The position numbers and the translations under genes are program-made. A DNA stretch of 64,000 bases, from the NCBI GenBank assembly GCA_021414145.1, contig JAIOOY010000017.1, forward strand, positions 2,631 to 66,630, in the 5' to 3' direction. Origin of the DNA: Methylophilales bacterium. GTDB taxonomy: Bacteria; Pseudomonadota; Gammaproteobacteria; Burkholderiales; Methylophilaceae. The notes beneath the pieces were generated by a model. That model did not search any database. It was not told the origin of the DNA and saw only the letters and a program-made list of their open reading frames with translations. Positions 28,104-37,483 of this stretch are shown here, piece after piece (position 1 is the first letter of the stretch; every line of letters starts with the position of its first letter).

Positions 28104-29174
28104 ATGGCTGAAGCCACTTTCACACAACTTGACGACGATGCGCTGCAAGCCCACTTTTTACTGGGCGTTTCGCGTACGTTCGCGCTCACCATCCCTCGCT
28201 TACCTTTACCGTTATCGCGGGCGGTGGCTAACGCCTATCTGCTGTGCCGCATTGTGGATACAGTGGAAGACGAAGTGGAACTAACTCGCGAGGAAAAAAA
28301 CCAGTTCTGCGATTTGTTTGCGCAGGTAGTGGCAAATCAAGCCTCTGCTGCAGATTTCACTTCGCAACTTGCGCCACGTTTATCTCAAGCCACATTGCCC
28401 GCCGAACATGAATTGATTGCCGCTACCTCGCGGGTAGTGGATATTACTCACAGCTTCAGCGCAGCTGAGCGCCATGCCTTGGAACGCTGTATCCGCATCA
28501 TGTCGCACGGCATGGGAGCCTATCAAGGGCGTGATTTGTCGCGTGGCCTTGATGATATGGAAGATCTGTCGCGCTACTGCTACTACGTGGCGGGTGTGGT
28601 GGGAGAAATGCTGACCGATTTGTTTTGTGAGTTCGACCGGGAAATTTTGCGGCAACGTGATGAACTATTGCCACTCAGCGTTTCTTTTGGTCAAGGCTTG
28701 CAGATGACCAACATCCTCAAAGACGTGTGGGATGACCGCTCACGAGGTGTAATCTGGTTGCCACGCTCGGTGTTTTCTACTGCAGGGTACGATTTGACGC
28801 AGCTTTCCCCCAATACCGATGCCGCCTACGCAGCAGCAATGGGGGAATTGATAGCCACCGCTCACGGCCATTTGCGTAATGCCTTGGAATATACTTTGTG
28901 CATTCCTAAACGCCATGTCGGAGTGCGCGACTTTTGTCTGTGGGCGATAGGCATGGCGGTGCTGACATTACGTCGCATCAATCGTCACCGGCATTTTTCT
29001 TCTGCTACCGAAGTTAAAATTACCCGGCGTGAGGTGTATACCACCATCGGCTTAAGCCGTATCACACACCGTTCCGACCTTGCGCTGCGCTTGGTATTCG
29101 CGACTATGTCGCAAGGCTTGCCGACTTCCCATCCTGCCCCGGTCGCCGCCAGCGTTTTAGCTTTAGCGCATTGA
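28104..29174 (+). CDS. sqs: Squalene synthase (single-enzyme, eukaryote-like farnesyl-diphosphate farnesyltransferase)
   Basis: 356 aa. GVSRTFALTIPRLP...AYLLCRIVDTVEDE and YCYYVAGVVGEM...GLQMTNILKDVWDD match the SQS pattern rather than the shorter HpnC/HpnD proteins. Confidence 0.75.
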   Translation: MAEATFTQLDDDALQAHFLLGVSRTFALTIPRLPLPLSRAVANAYLLCRIVDTVEDEVELTREEKNQFCDLFAQVVANQASAADFTSQLAPRLSQATLPAEHELIAATSRVVDITHSFSAAERHALERCIRIMSHGMGAYQGRDLSRGLDDMEDLSRYCYYVAGVVGEMLTDLFCEFDREILRQRDELLPLSVSFGQGLQMTNILKDVWDDRSRGVIWLPRSVFSTAGYDLTQLSPNTDAAYAAAMGELIATAHGHLRNALEYTLCIPKRHVGVRDFCLWAIGMAVLTLRRINRHRHFSSATEVKITRREVYTTIGLSRITHRSDLALRLVFATMSQGLPTSHPAPVAASVLALAH

Positions 29175-29176
29175 CT

Positions 29177-31132
29177 ATGAATAAATTGACTGAATTCTCC
29201 ACTGATACTCTTGAAGTCGCCAGTAAAGCCGCATTGGATGCTGCGGTACGTAGCATCCTGAGCCGCCAGAACGCCAACGGTTATTGGGTGTACGAGCTAG
29301 AAGCCGACTGCACGATTCCCTCCGAATACATCATGATGCGTCATTTTGTGGACGACATTGACACTGCGCTGGAAGCCAAGATTGGGTGCTATCTGCGGGC
29401 GCGGCAAAACACCGATGGTTCGTGGCCGCTGTACACTGGCGGTGAGGGTGATCTGAGTTGCACTATCAAGGCCTATTACGCACTCAAGTTGGCAGGTGAC
29501 GATATTGATTCAGCTCACATGGAGCAGGCACGTAGATACGTGTTAGTGCACGGTGGTGCGGCACGAGCCAACGTGTTCACTCGTATCGCATTGGCGATGT
29601 TCGAGCAGCTACCGTGGCGCGGAGTGCCCTACATCCCGGTCGAAATCATGCTGCTGCCAAAATGGTTTTTCTTCCATTTGAGCAAAGTATCTTACTGGTC
29701 GCGCACGGTGATGGTGCCACTATTCGTGCTAACCACGCTTAAAGTCAAGGCGAAGAATCCCAAAAAAATAGGGGTTAGCGAGTTGTTCCACGTTGACCCA
29801 GATCTAGAAAAGGGCTATTTCGACTCCATCCAAACCCGGATAGGCAGATTCTTTCTGTTGCTAGACAAGATAGGCCGCACTTTTATCGAACCGCTGATTC
29901 CCAAAGCCATGCGGCGACGCGCTACGCGCCTTGCACTGGAATGGTTCGAGGCTAGGCTCAACGGCGAAGATGGTCTGGGGGCGATTTTCCCGGCCATGGT
30001 CAATGCCTATGAAGCGATGCTGGCTTTGGGCATTCCACCCAATGACCCCCGTGTAGTCACCGCGCGCCGCGCTATTGATTTGCTATTGGTGCAACATGAC
30101 GACTACGCCTATTGCCAACCATGCGCCTCGCCGATATGGGATACCGGCTTAGCCACGCTGAGTTTGCAGGAAGTGATGCGAACCAACCCCGACACTGAGA
30201 TCAAGAATGCAGTCGAAAATGCCTTGCGCTGGTGTGCCAGCAAACAGTTGACCGCAGATGAGGCAGGCGATTGGCGTGACAGTGCTCCAGACATGGCGGG
30301 GGGCGGCTGGGCATTTCAATTCAACAATAGCTATTATCCCGACGTAGATGACACGGCAGTGGTGGCCTTCGCCATGATGCAGTCAAAAGCGCCCGAATTT
30401 GCAAAAAACGTGTATCGCGCCGCCAATTGGATAAACGGCATGCAATCTACGGGGGGTGGTTTTGCGGCGTTCGACGTGGACAACACCCATTATTACCTCA
30501 ACTCTATCCCTTTTGCGGACCACGGCGCACTGCTTGACCCACCAACGGTGGACGTGAGTGCGCGCTGCCTGATGCTATTGGCACCGCTGGCTAAGCGCGA
30601 TGCGCGCTATCAACCTGCGGTTGATCGTTGTTTGGACTATATCTGGCACGAACAGGAATCCGATGGGAGCTGGTTTGGGCGCTGGGGCAGCAATTATATT
30701 TACGGCGCATGGTCGGTACTGATAGCGCTGCAAGCTGCCGGCGTGGCGATGGATCAGCCACGCGTTCAAAAAGCGATAGTCTGGCTGAAAAGCAAGCAGC
30801 GCGCAGACGGTGGATGGGGTGAAACTCAGGACAGTTACGCCGACCGCTCATTGCACGGTACGGCGCTGGCAAGTACCGCATTCCAAACCGCTTGGGCGCT
30901 GCTGGGGCTGCTGGCGGCGGAAGGCCGCTCGCCGGAAGTGGAACGCGGCATCGCCTTTCTGACACGCGCCCAAGCTGCAGATGGCGTGTGGTATGACAAC
31001 TACTTCACCGCGCCAGGCTTTCCCAAAGTGTTTTACCTGAAGTACCACGGGTACGATAAATATTTTCCGTTGTGGGCACTGGCGCGCTATCTGGCGGCTG
31101 ATCCGTCAACAAACTCATGCCCATCGGCGTAG
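29177..31132 (+). CDS. shc: Squalene-hopene cyclase
   Basis: 651 aa from ATG 29177. Repeated QW motifs (e.g. RQNTDGSWP, KQRADGGWGE) and catalytic DVDDTA. Confidence 0.95.
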   Translation: MNKLTEFSTDTLEVASKAALDAAVRSILSRQNANGYWVYELEADCTIPSEYIMMRHFVDDIDTALEAKIGCYLRARQNTDGSWPLYTGGEGDLSCTIKAYYALKLAGDDIDSAHMEQARRYVLVHGGAARANVFTRIALAMFEQLPWRGVPYIPVEIMLLPKWFFFHLSKVSYWSRTVMVPLFVLTTLKVKAKNPKKIGVSELFHVDPDLEKGYFDSIQTRIGRFFLLLDKIGRTFIEPLIPKAMRRRATRLALEWFEARLNGEDGLGAIFPAMVNAYEAMLALGIPPNDPRVVTARRAIDLLLVQHDDYAYCQPCASPIWDTGLATLSLQEVMRTNPDTEIKNAVENALRWCASKQLTADEAGDWRDSAPDMAGGGWAFQFNNSYYPDVDDTAVVAFAMMQSKAPEFAKNVYRAANWINGMQSTGGGFAAFDVDNTHYYLNSIPFADHGALLDPPTVDVSARCLMLLAPLAKRDARYQPAVDRCLDYIWHEQESDGSWFGRWGSNYIYGAWSVLIALQAAGVAMDQPRVQKAIVWLKSKQRADGGWGETQDSYADRSLHGTALASTAFQTAWALLGLLAAEGRSPEVERGIAFLTRAQAADGVWYDNYFTAPGFPKVFYLKYHGYDKYFPLWALARYLAADPSTNSCPSA

Positions 31133-31803
31133 TTGTCGCACTCAAGCGCGAGGCGCACTTACTGGGCTTGAAGCATGTTGAGATGGGCAAGGTGGTGAGT
31201 GCTGATGGTGTGGCTGTGTGTGTAGGAGGCATGGGAGCACTACACGCCGAACGTGCCGCCGAAGTGCTGGTTAAACTCGGCGTAAATGTGTTGGTAAGCT
31301 GGGGCTGCGCCGGTGGTTTGGTGGACGACCTAGAGGCAGGATCACTACTGGTTCCAGCGCGTGTGATAGGCGCTGATGGAGTGGAGCTTGTGATTGACGA
31401 AGTTTGGCGCAACAAATTGTTGCAAGCGCTTCAGATGCCAGCCGATGGGCGACCTATCGTCGAATCCAGAATTGCGGTAAATAGCAAAACAGAGAAGCGG
31501 CGCTTGGCCGACACCAGCGGTGGGGTGGCAGTAGATATGGAAAGTGCCGCGGTATTGCGCGTCGCACAGCGTCATGGCCTCCCCGGGCTGGTGCTGAGAG
31601 CGGTTGCAGACTCCTGCCATGATAGTCTGCCCGCGAGCTTGGACGGTGCACTGAATCCATTGGGTGAAATATGTGGTTTGCGCTTTGCGGCGAACTTATT
31701 GCGTCATCCTGCTGACTTAGCTGCATTATGGCCATTAAAAAATCGGTTTGATCTTGCTGCGGCCACTCTGCGCCGTACTAGTGGCGTATTAGGCAAACTC
31801 TGA
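31117..31803 (+). CDS. hpnG: Hopanoid-associated phosphorylase/nucleosidase (HpnG, PNP/UDP family)
   Basis: 228 aa. SWGCAGGL and VDMESAAV motifs of the PNP/MTAN fold. 16-nt overlap with shc. Confidence 0.7.
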   Translation: MPIGVVVALKREAHLLGLKHVEMGKVVSADGVAVCVGGMGALHAERAAEVLVKLGVNVLVSWGCAGGLVDDLEAGSLLVPARVIGADGVELVIDEVWRNKLLQALQMPADGRPIVESRIAVNSKTEKRRLADTSGGVAVDMESAAVLRVAQRHGLPGLVLRAVADSCHDSLPASLDGALNPLGEICGLRFAANLLRHPADLAALWPLKNRFDLAAATLRRTSGVLGKL

Positions 31804-31819
31804 AAAAAGGGATGCAAAA

Positions 31820-33208
31820 GTGGAAAATGGTAGTGAATGGCTAAGCCAACAAACGGGTAACAGATTCGAACTGCACGAAGAGTATTTGAACGCGCAAATG
31901 GTCAAGATGCTCAAGACCATAGGCTATGACAGAACCTATGTGCGTGCCGAAGGGCCATATCTGTTTGATGCCGAAGGTCAGCGTTATCTCGATCTGCTGG
32001 CGGGTTTCGGCGTATTTGCTATGGGGCGCAATCACCCCAAGATAGTGACAGCATTACAGGGCGTGTTGGCTGGCCAATTGCCTGACTTGGTGCAACTGGA
32101 CGTATCCTTGCTCTCCGGCATCCTCGCCAAGAAAATACTGTCACACTGCCCCGATAATCTACGCCGCATGTTTTTCTGTTCCTCCGGCGCCGAGGCGGTG
32201 GAAGCGGCAATAAAATTCTCCCGCTACACCACAGGCCGTTCCAAAATCATTAGCTTCGATCACGGCTACCACGGTCTTACATTGGGCGCTTTGTCGGTCA
32301 CCAGCGAGAACGTGTTCCGCCAAGGCTTCGGGCCACTGCTGGCAGATGTGGTTTCTGTGCCATTCAATGACCTAGCCGCGCTAGAGCATGAATTGTCACG
32401 CGGCGATGTGGCGGCGCTCATCTTCGAGCCGATACAGGGCAAGGGCGTCAATTTACCCGCATCTGGGTTCTTGCGTGAAGCGGCGCAGCTTTGCCGCAAA
32501 CACGGTGCGCTGGTTGTAGCAGACGAAGTGCAAACCGGCTTAGGGCGCACGGGTAAGTTCTGGGCGATTGAACATTACGGGGTTGACGAACCCGATATGA
32601 TATTGATGGCCAAAGCGCTCTCCGGTGGCTTTGTGCCAGTAGGTGCAGTCGCCATGACCAGCCAAGTGATGGAGCGTGTGTTTAACCGCATGGATAGAGC
32701 GGTGGTGCACGGTTCTACCTTCTCTAAAAACAATATGGCGATGGCGGCGGGTATTGCCACACTGGACGTGATTGTCGAAGACAAATTGGTGGAAAACGCT
32801 GCAAGACGCGGCGAGCAACTGCTCAGCGCGCTACAAGCGCTCATCCCCAAATACGAGTTCCTTAAAGAAGTGCGAGGTCAAGGCTTGATGATCGCACTAG
32901 AGTTCGGCCCACCCAAGAGCCTGACACTGAAAGCCGCATGGAGCCTGCTGGAAGCCGCCAACAAAGGCCTGTTCAGCCAGATGATTGCTATCCCCCTTTT
33001 CAAGCAGCACCATATTCTCAGTCAAGTTGCCGGACACGGCATGAATGTCATCAAGTGGCTCCCACCGTTGGTGATAGGCGACGAAGATGTGGAGTGGATC
33101 ATCAGCGCCGCAGATCAAGTCATAGCCGATACCCACAAAGTACCGGGTGCAATATGGGATTTGGGCAAGACCTTAGCCGGCCATGCTTTGAAAAGTAAGG
33201 CGGGGTAA
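31820..33208 (+). CDS. Class-III (ornithine/acetylornithine-type) PLP aminotransferase, HpnO-like by context
   Basis: 462 aa, GTG start behind AGGGA. SGAEAVEAAIKF, DEVQTGLGRTG and a TFSKN Lys context. Last gene of the hopanoid block. Confidence 0.6.
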   Translation: MENGSEWLSQQTGNRFELHEEYLNAQMVKMLKTIGYDRTYVRAEGPYLFDAEGQRYLDLLAGFGVFAMGRNHPKIVTALQGVLAGQLPDLVQLDVSLLSGILAKKILSHCPDNLRRMFFCSSGAEAVEAAIKFSRYTTGRSKIISFDHGYHGLTLGALSVTSENVFRQGFGPLLADVVSVPFNDLAALEHELSRGDVAALIFEPIQGKGVNLPASGFLREAAQLCRKHGALVVADEVQTGLGRTGKFWAIEHYGVDEPDMILMAKALSGGFVPVGAVAMTSQVMERVFNRMDRAVVHGSTFSKNNMAMAAGIATLDVIVEDKLVENAARRGEQLLSALQALIPKYEFLKEVRGQGLMIALEFGPPKSLTLKAAWSLLEAANKGLFSQMIAIPLFKQHHILSQVAGHGMNVIKWLPPLVIGDEDVEWIISAADQVIADTHKVPGAIWDLGKTLAGHALKSKAG

Positions 33209-33279
33209 CATGTTGCCAGATACGGGCTAAATGTCTGCTTCCGACCCTTAGCGGACATTGATTCGAGTAGTAGGCGACT

Positions 33280-33504
33280 CTAACGTCCAAAATATGCGAT
33301 TAATGCAATAAAGGACACCATAAGAATCGCAAACAAGAAGCAGGCTATTACAATGCCAATAAAAGCTCGGATTGGTTTGTCATGTATAAAAACGTAAAAT
33401 CCGCTGTTGCGACGAAAAATTCCATCAATAGAATTTTCTTCGGATGTAGAAAGTTCGTTATTTCTCTCAGTTTTTATCACAACATCCCTTTTAAAGGTCT
33501 GCAA
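33280..33504 (-). CDS. Hypothetical small tail-anchored membrane protein (doubtful)
   Basis: AT-rich ORF whose only starts are TTG 33504 or GTG 33480 (the latter behind AAGGGA). It has one C-terminal TM (FIGIVIACFLFAILMVSFIALIAYF). I recognise no homology. Confidence 0.3.
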   Translation of the reverse strand: MQTFKRDVVIKTERNNELSTSEENSIDGIFRRNSGFYVFIHDKPIRAFIGIVIACFLFAILMVSFIALIAYFGR

Positions 33505-33519
33505 TTGGCCGATATGAGA

Positions 33520-35145
33520 CTATTCCCGAGCAAGAATCTCGTGAATACTACTAAGAACATTGCTCGTGCCTAATTGCCCCACAAGTCCAGCGCGTTTGAG
33601 CTTTTCCAAAACATTAGGGCGGGCTTCAATCAACACCAACCGCGTCTTGTGTCGTTTGCATGAATCCAGCAAGTCCCAGAGAGATTGAAGTCCTGTTGCA
33701 TCAATGAATGGCACCTTTCCCAAACGCAGAACTAAAATTTCAGCATGTCCATGTACCGACTCTAGCGCACTTTCCAGCCGCTCAGCCGCTCCAAAGAAGA
33801 AAGGTCCATCTATACCAACAACGACGGTATTTGGAGGTATTACAAAACTCTTGTCATCAATTTCCTTAGTCAATTTTTCGTGTTTCTGCAATTCAACACT
33901 GACGGTTTCTGACATGCGCTTCATGAACAACAGTGAGGCCAACATAACCCCAATATTTACTGCGATCACTAGATCCCCAAACACTGTCAAAAGAAAAGTA
34001 ATCAACAGTACCGCCACGTCCGACCTTGGAGCAGTTTTCACCATATGAGTGAACCGATGAATTTCACTCATGTTATAAGCTACAACGAACAGGATAGCGG
34101 ATAGAGCACACAGAGGAATATGAGAAGCCATAGGAGCTAGTATCAGCACAATTACCAGTAAAGTCACTACATGCACAATTCCAGCCAACGGGCCGGTCGC
34201 ACCGTTGCGGATATTGGTGGCAGTACGAGCAATCGCTCCTGTAGAAGCGAAACCACCAAACAGAGGAGAGAAAATATTGGCTACCCCTTGCCCAATCAAC
34301 TCTTGATTCGAATCATGCTTGGTTCCAGACATGCTATCGGCAACTACCGCCGAGAGCAGGGATTCGATTGCTCCAAGTAGTGCGATGGTAAATGCAGGTC
34401 CGATCAGCTTGAGGATTTCGGAAATACTCAATGATGGCACTTCAAAGTGAGGAAGGCTTTGTGGAATTCCCCCGAATGCGCTTCCTATCGTGGCAACGTT
34501 TTCAAAATGGAAAAATCCCTGTATTGCTGTAGCAGTGACCATTGCAACAAGGGGCGAGGGAATGCGTTTAAATATTCTGGGAGAAACTAACAATACTGCC
34601 AGCGTTAGAAAAGCGAGCATTGTGGTTTCGAATTGGAAACCGGGAAACGCTTCGATCAAGTACCAGAATTTTTGATGAAAATGCTCAGCCCCTGACTGAG
34701 GTACCAGTCCGAAGAAGTCTTTCCATTGTCCGACCCAGATAATGATGGCAATCCCGCTGGTAAATCCGACAATGACAGGATCAGGGATGAACTTGATCAC
34801 ATTACCTAGGCGTGTCAGCCCCATTATCAACAACATGAAGCCTGCCATAAGAGTTGCCACTTGCAGACCTTCGATGCCGTACTTTGCAGTAATTCCCGAC
34901 AGGATGACGATAAACGCTCCTGTCGGTCCAGCAATCTGCAATTGGCTACCCCCGAACAGCGAAGTCAGACCGCCTGCAACTATTGCAGTATAGATGCCTT
35001 GTTCTGGTCTGGCTCCGGAGGCGATGGCAAATGCCATGGCAAGTGGAAGGGCTACAATTCCAACAATCACCCCAGCCAGAATATTGTTGAACCAATGCTC
35101 CTTTGAGAGCAGTCCAGAGCGTTTTGCTTTAAGGATTGCGATCAT
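33520..35145 (-). CDS. SulP family anion (sulfate/bicarbonate) transporter with C-terminal STAS domain
   Basis: 541 aa. Polytopic N-terminal part with SulP motifs (GIVALPLAMAFAIASG), then a STAS domain (VLRLGKVPFIDATGL). Confidence 0.9.
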   Translation of the reverse strand: MIAILKAKRSGLLSKEHWFNNILAGVIVGIVALPLAMAFAIASGARPEQGIYTAIVAGGLTSLFGGSQLQIAGPTGAFIVILSGITAKYGIEGLQVATLMAGFMLLIMGLTRLGNVIKFIPDPVIVGFTSGIAIIIWVGQWKDFFGLVPQSGAEHFHQKFWYLIEAFPGFQFETTMLAFLTLAVLLVSPRIFKRIPSPLVAMVTATAIQGFFHFENVATIGSAFGGIPQSLPHFEVPSLSISEILKLIGPAFTIALLGAIESLLSAVVADSMSGTKHDSNQELIGQGVANIFSPLFGGFASTGAIARTATNIRNGATGPLAGIVHVVTLLVIVLILAPMASHIPLCALSAILFVVAYNMSEIHRFTHMVKTAPRSDVAVLLITFLLTVFGDLVIAVNIGVMLASLLFMKRMSETVSVELQKHEKLTKEIDDKSFVIPPNTVVVGIDGPFFFGAAERLESALESVHGHAEILVLRLGKVPFIDATGLQSLWDLLDSCKRHKTRLVLIEARPNVLEKLKRAGLVGQLGTSNVLSSIHEILARE

Positions 35146-35271
35146 ATTGAGCTATATGCTCGCTGCGCAAATGAAGAAGAGTGAATTATGAACTGATATT
35201 ATGAAGCCGTACTTTCTAATATTAGATGACAGTCTGCTATTGGCCGATTTCTGACATTCAGCTAGCTGAGT

Positions 35272-35775
35272 TTAGCCCCCAAGAAAATCCATCTTTCCAA
35301 GTTCTACGCCATTGTGGCGCAGGATGGCATAAGCGACGGTAGTGTGAAAATAAAGGTTAGGGGTGGCAAAGTTGAGCAGATAGGGTTGCCCTAAGAAGGT
35401 GACATCTTTGCCGCGTAGCTTGAGAGTGACGCTGCGCTCTTCGCTACCATCTATCTGTGATGGGGAAATGCTTTGCAAGAATGACACGGTCTTGGCGATT
35501 CGGCCTTGCAGCTCAGGAAAGGTGGCCTCAGTGTCTTCATAGCTGGGTACTTCAATCCCGGCTAGGCGTGCAGCGCAGCCTTTGACTATATCGGTAGCGA
35601 TTTGTATCTGGCGCGAAAGCGGGTACATATCAGGCGCTAACCTTGCGTTGATAAGGACTGATGGGTCGATCTTTTTTGCCTCAGCATAGGTGGCGGCTTT
35701 TTCCAGTATTGTGGAAAGATTGCTCAGGAACTTCACAAAAACGGGAATTGAGGCTTCGTACATAGAAAGGGACAT
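35272..35775 (-). CDS. DUF1993 (DinB/YfiT-like helical bundle) protein
   Basis: 167 aa. MYEASIPVFVKFLSNLSTILEKA...LAPDMYPLSRQIQIATD is typical of DUF1993 as I remember it. TAGGAG SD. Confidence 0.65.
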   Translation of the reverse strand: MSLSMYEASIPVFVKFLSNLSTILEKAATYAEAKKIDPSVLINARLAPDMYPLSRQIQIATDIVKGCAARLAGIEVPSYEDTEATFPELQGRIAKTVSFLQSISPSQIDGSEERSVTLKLRGKDVTFLGQPYLLNFATPNLYFHTTVAYAILRHNGVELGKMDFLGG

Positions 35776-35809
35776 TTTTAACTCCTAAGTTATAAATTCA
35801 GCCTGAGTT

Positions 35810-36085
35810 TTAATCTAGCATCTTGACGATTGTACGCTCGTATTCTGGGAAGTATTGCCCAATGAGCGGCAGGTCAAAGCGGCGCAAGATGCTGGTGTTG
35901 GGTTCACGCTCCAGCAGGAAGTCGAATGAACGACTCACTAGCACCTCAGTAGCAACTTTACCCGCAGTAAGTTTGGCGACGTATTGTGTAGATACGGTGA
36001 CAATGTGTGTAGTCGCAGTGCGGCCTTGTACCATCACTTCAAAACTGGTCTCGTCCAGCTTTTTTACGGTCACAGCATCCGTCAT
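35810..36085 (-). CDS. Hypothetical 91-aa protein, translationally coupled to the upstream ORF
   Basis: ATG 36085 forms an ATGA overlap with the stop of 36082..36414. Soluble. Conserved-looking C-terminus SFDFLLEREPNTSILRRFDLPLIGQYFPEYE. Confidence 0.5.
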   Translation of the reverse strand: MTDAVTVKKLDETSFEVMVQGRTATTHIVTVSTQYVAKLTAGKVATEVLVSRSFDFLLEREPNTSILRRFDLPLIGQYFPEYERTIVKMLD

Positions 36086-36414
36086 ATGATGATCTCCCCA
36101 TCGAGCACTACCTCAAAAGCGATGTCGTATTCTGCCAATGTTGATGCGTAAAGCAGCAGAAATTCATGTATGAAGGGAGTTTGCTCAGTCGCAAGTTCTA
36201 CGCGGATGCGAACGTTGTCGTCGATGGATTCGGGATGCTGTGTCTGCAACATGCCATTGATGACGTAACCTAGGTAGTTGTTGAGTTTGTCTTGCAGTGC
36301 GAGAGCGTTGTCTTCATTAAGCTGGCGCTGCTCAACAAGCACTAGTCGCACAACGCCCTCGCTACGGGTAATGAAATCTATGCTTTCAGGATAGTCAATT
36401 CCCGTGAGATGCAC
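36082..36414 (-). CDS. Hypothetical 110-aa acidic protein (DUF6572-like pattern), directly abutting the fae stop codon
   Basis: GTG start at 36414, immediately after the fae TAA (36415-36417). The pattern IDFITRSEGVVRLVLVE...ALQDKLNNYLGYV resembles a DUF I recall only loosely. Confidence 0.45.
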   Translation of the reverse strand: MHLTGIDYPESIDFITRSEGVVRLVLVEQRQLNEDNALALQDKLNNYLGYVINGMLQTQHPESIDDNVRIRVELATEQTPFIHEFLLLYASTLAEYDIAFEVVLDGEIII

Positions 36415-36960
36415 TTATTTTTGATCCCAGCTGTCTTCCCACATGCAATGCTTGATGGTGTGACGATTCTTGATGAGTTCGTCTATGGTCGGTTCGTCAT
36501 TCAGCGCACGGCTGATGGCCAGCTTGGTGGCTTCATAATTGTTTTTGTACATGTCAGCCTTGTCCAGATTGGCTTCTTTAGCACAACCCGGATCTATCCA
36601 TAGCAAGGCGATGATGCACAAATCATTAGCGTGGTTGCGCGGAATGATGCCCTCTATGACGCAATCCAGAACGGCATCCGCCACGGCCGCTTGTACCACG
36701 CCGCCAAATAACGCGATATTGGCGCTGTCTTTGAGTGTGACTTTTGGCACCATCATGGTCGCCGGGCGTACCATCTGGTTGATGTCGCGCACCGCAAACA
36801 TGGCGGTATGCCCTTTGCTTTGTGCCATCATATTGGCAAACGCCGCACCCACAGGGCCGTTCACGCTTCCGATAAGAATTTCTGGCATAGCGGCGGTAAC
36901 GTCTTTACCCTCGCTATAAACAGTAGCTTCGCCAGTTTTGAAAATGATTTTGTCGGTCAT
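36415..36960 (-). CDS. fae: Formaldehyde-activating enzyme (5,6,7,8-tetrahydromethanopterin hydro-lyase)
   Basis: 181 aa. GEATV...PEILIGSVNGPVGAAFANMMAQSKGHTAMFAV...VRPATMMVPKVTLK...GVVQAAVADAVLD matches canonical Fae. Confidence 0.9.
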   Translation of the reverse strand: MTDKIIFKTGEATVYSEGKDVTAAMPEILIGSVNGPVGAAFANMMAQSKGHTAMFAVRDINQMVRPATMMVPKVTLKDSANIALFGGVVQAAVADAVLDCVIEGIIPRNHANDLCIIALLWIDPGCAKEANLDKADMYKNNYEATKLAISRALNDEPTIDELIKNRHTIKHCMWEDSWDQK

Positions 36961-37082
36961 GGTAAATACTTTCAGGGAGTTGAATTTGGAATCCGCATTT
37001 TAGCGCTTGCTAAGAGTGCTTGCATAGTAGTGGTTCAGTCGGGCATTATGTGGCAACTTTTTGGACACTTTAAGGATAGCAG

Positions 37083-37481
37083 ATGAACAAGTACATCCCA
37101 GTAGCAGCGCGACTTTTGATAGCACAAATCTTTGTGATTTCCGGCATTTTCAAGGTGATGCTGGCCTCAAAACATCCCGATTTTTATTCTCAATTTGGAG
37201 CATTTCTGGGGGCGCATGGCATCCCATATTTTGTGGTGCCACTGACGTTTATTATTGAAATCGGCGCTGGTTTCGCATTATTTCTTGGGTTCAAGACGCG
37301 TGGAGCAGCCTGGGTACTGGCAGTTTACAGTTTGTTTCTGGCACTAGGTTTGCACGGCAATTGGGACGATCCCAAAGAGCCCGTATTCTTTATGCTATAC
37401 ATAGCCTTGACCGGTGGACTCTTGGCTATCACAGCACTGGCACCTACCGCATGCAGCCTAGATAACTTGAAAAAGAAATAG
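37083..37481 (+). CDS. DoxX family membrane protein
   Basis: 132 aa, four TM helices. RLLIAQIFVISGIFKV and GGLLAI are typical of DoxX. Confidence 0.7.
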   Translation: MNKYIPVAARLLIAQIFVISGIFKVMLASKHPDFYSQFGAFLGAHGIPYFVVPLTFIIEIGAGFALFLGFKTRGAAWVLAVYSLFLALGLHGNWDDPKEPVFFMLYIALTGGLLAITALAPTACSLDNLKKK

Positions 37482-37483
37482 AC

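Noticed and set aside
33209-33519. An AT-rich islet between the aminotransferase and sulP, considered as a possible horizontally acquired insert or small RNA.
   Set aside because: It has no flanking direct repeats, no integrase or tRNA, and no convincing structure beyond a 9-bp stem without a U-tract. The single small ORF has only non-ATG starts. It is recorded as a low-confidence CDS only.
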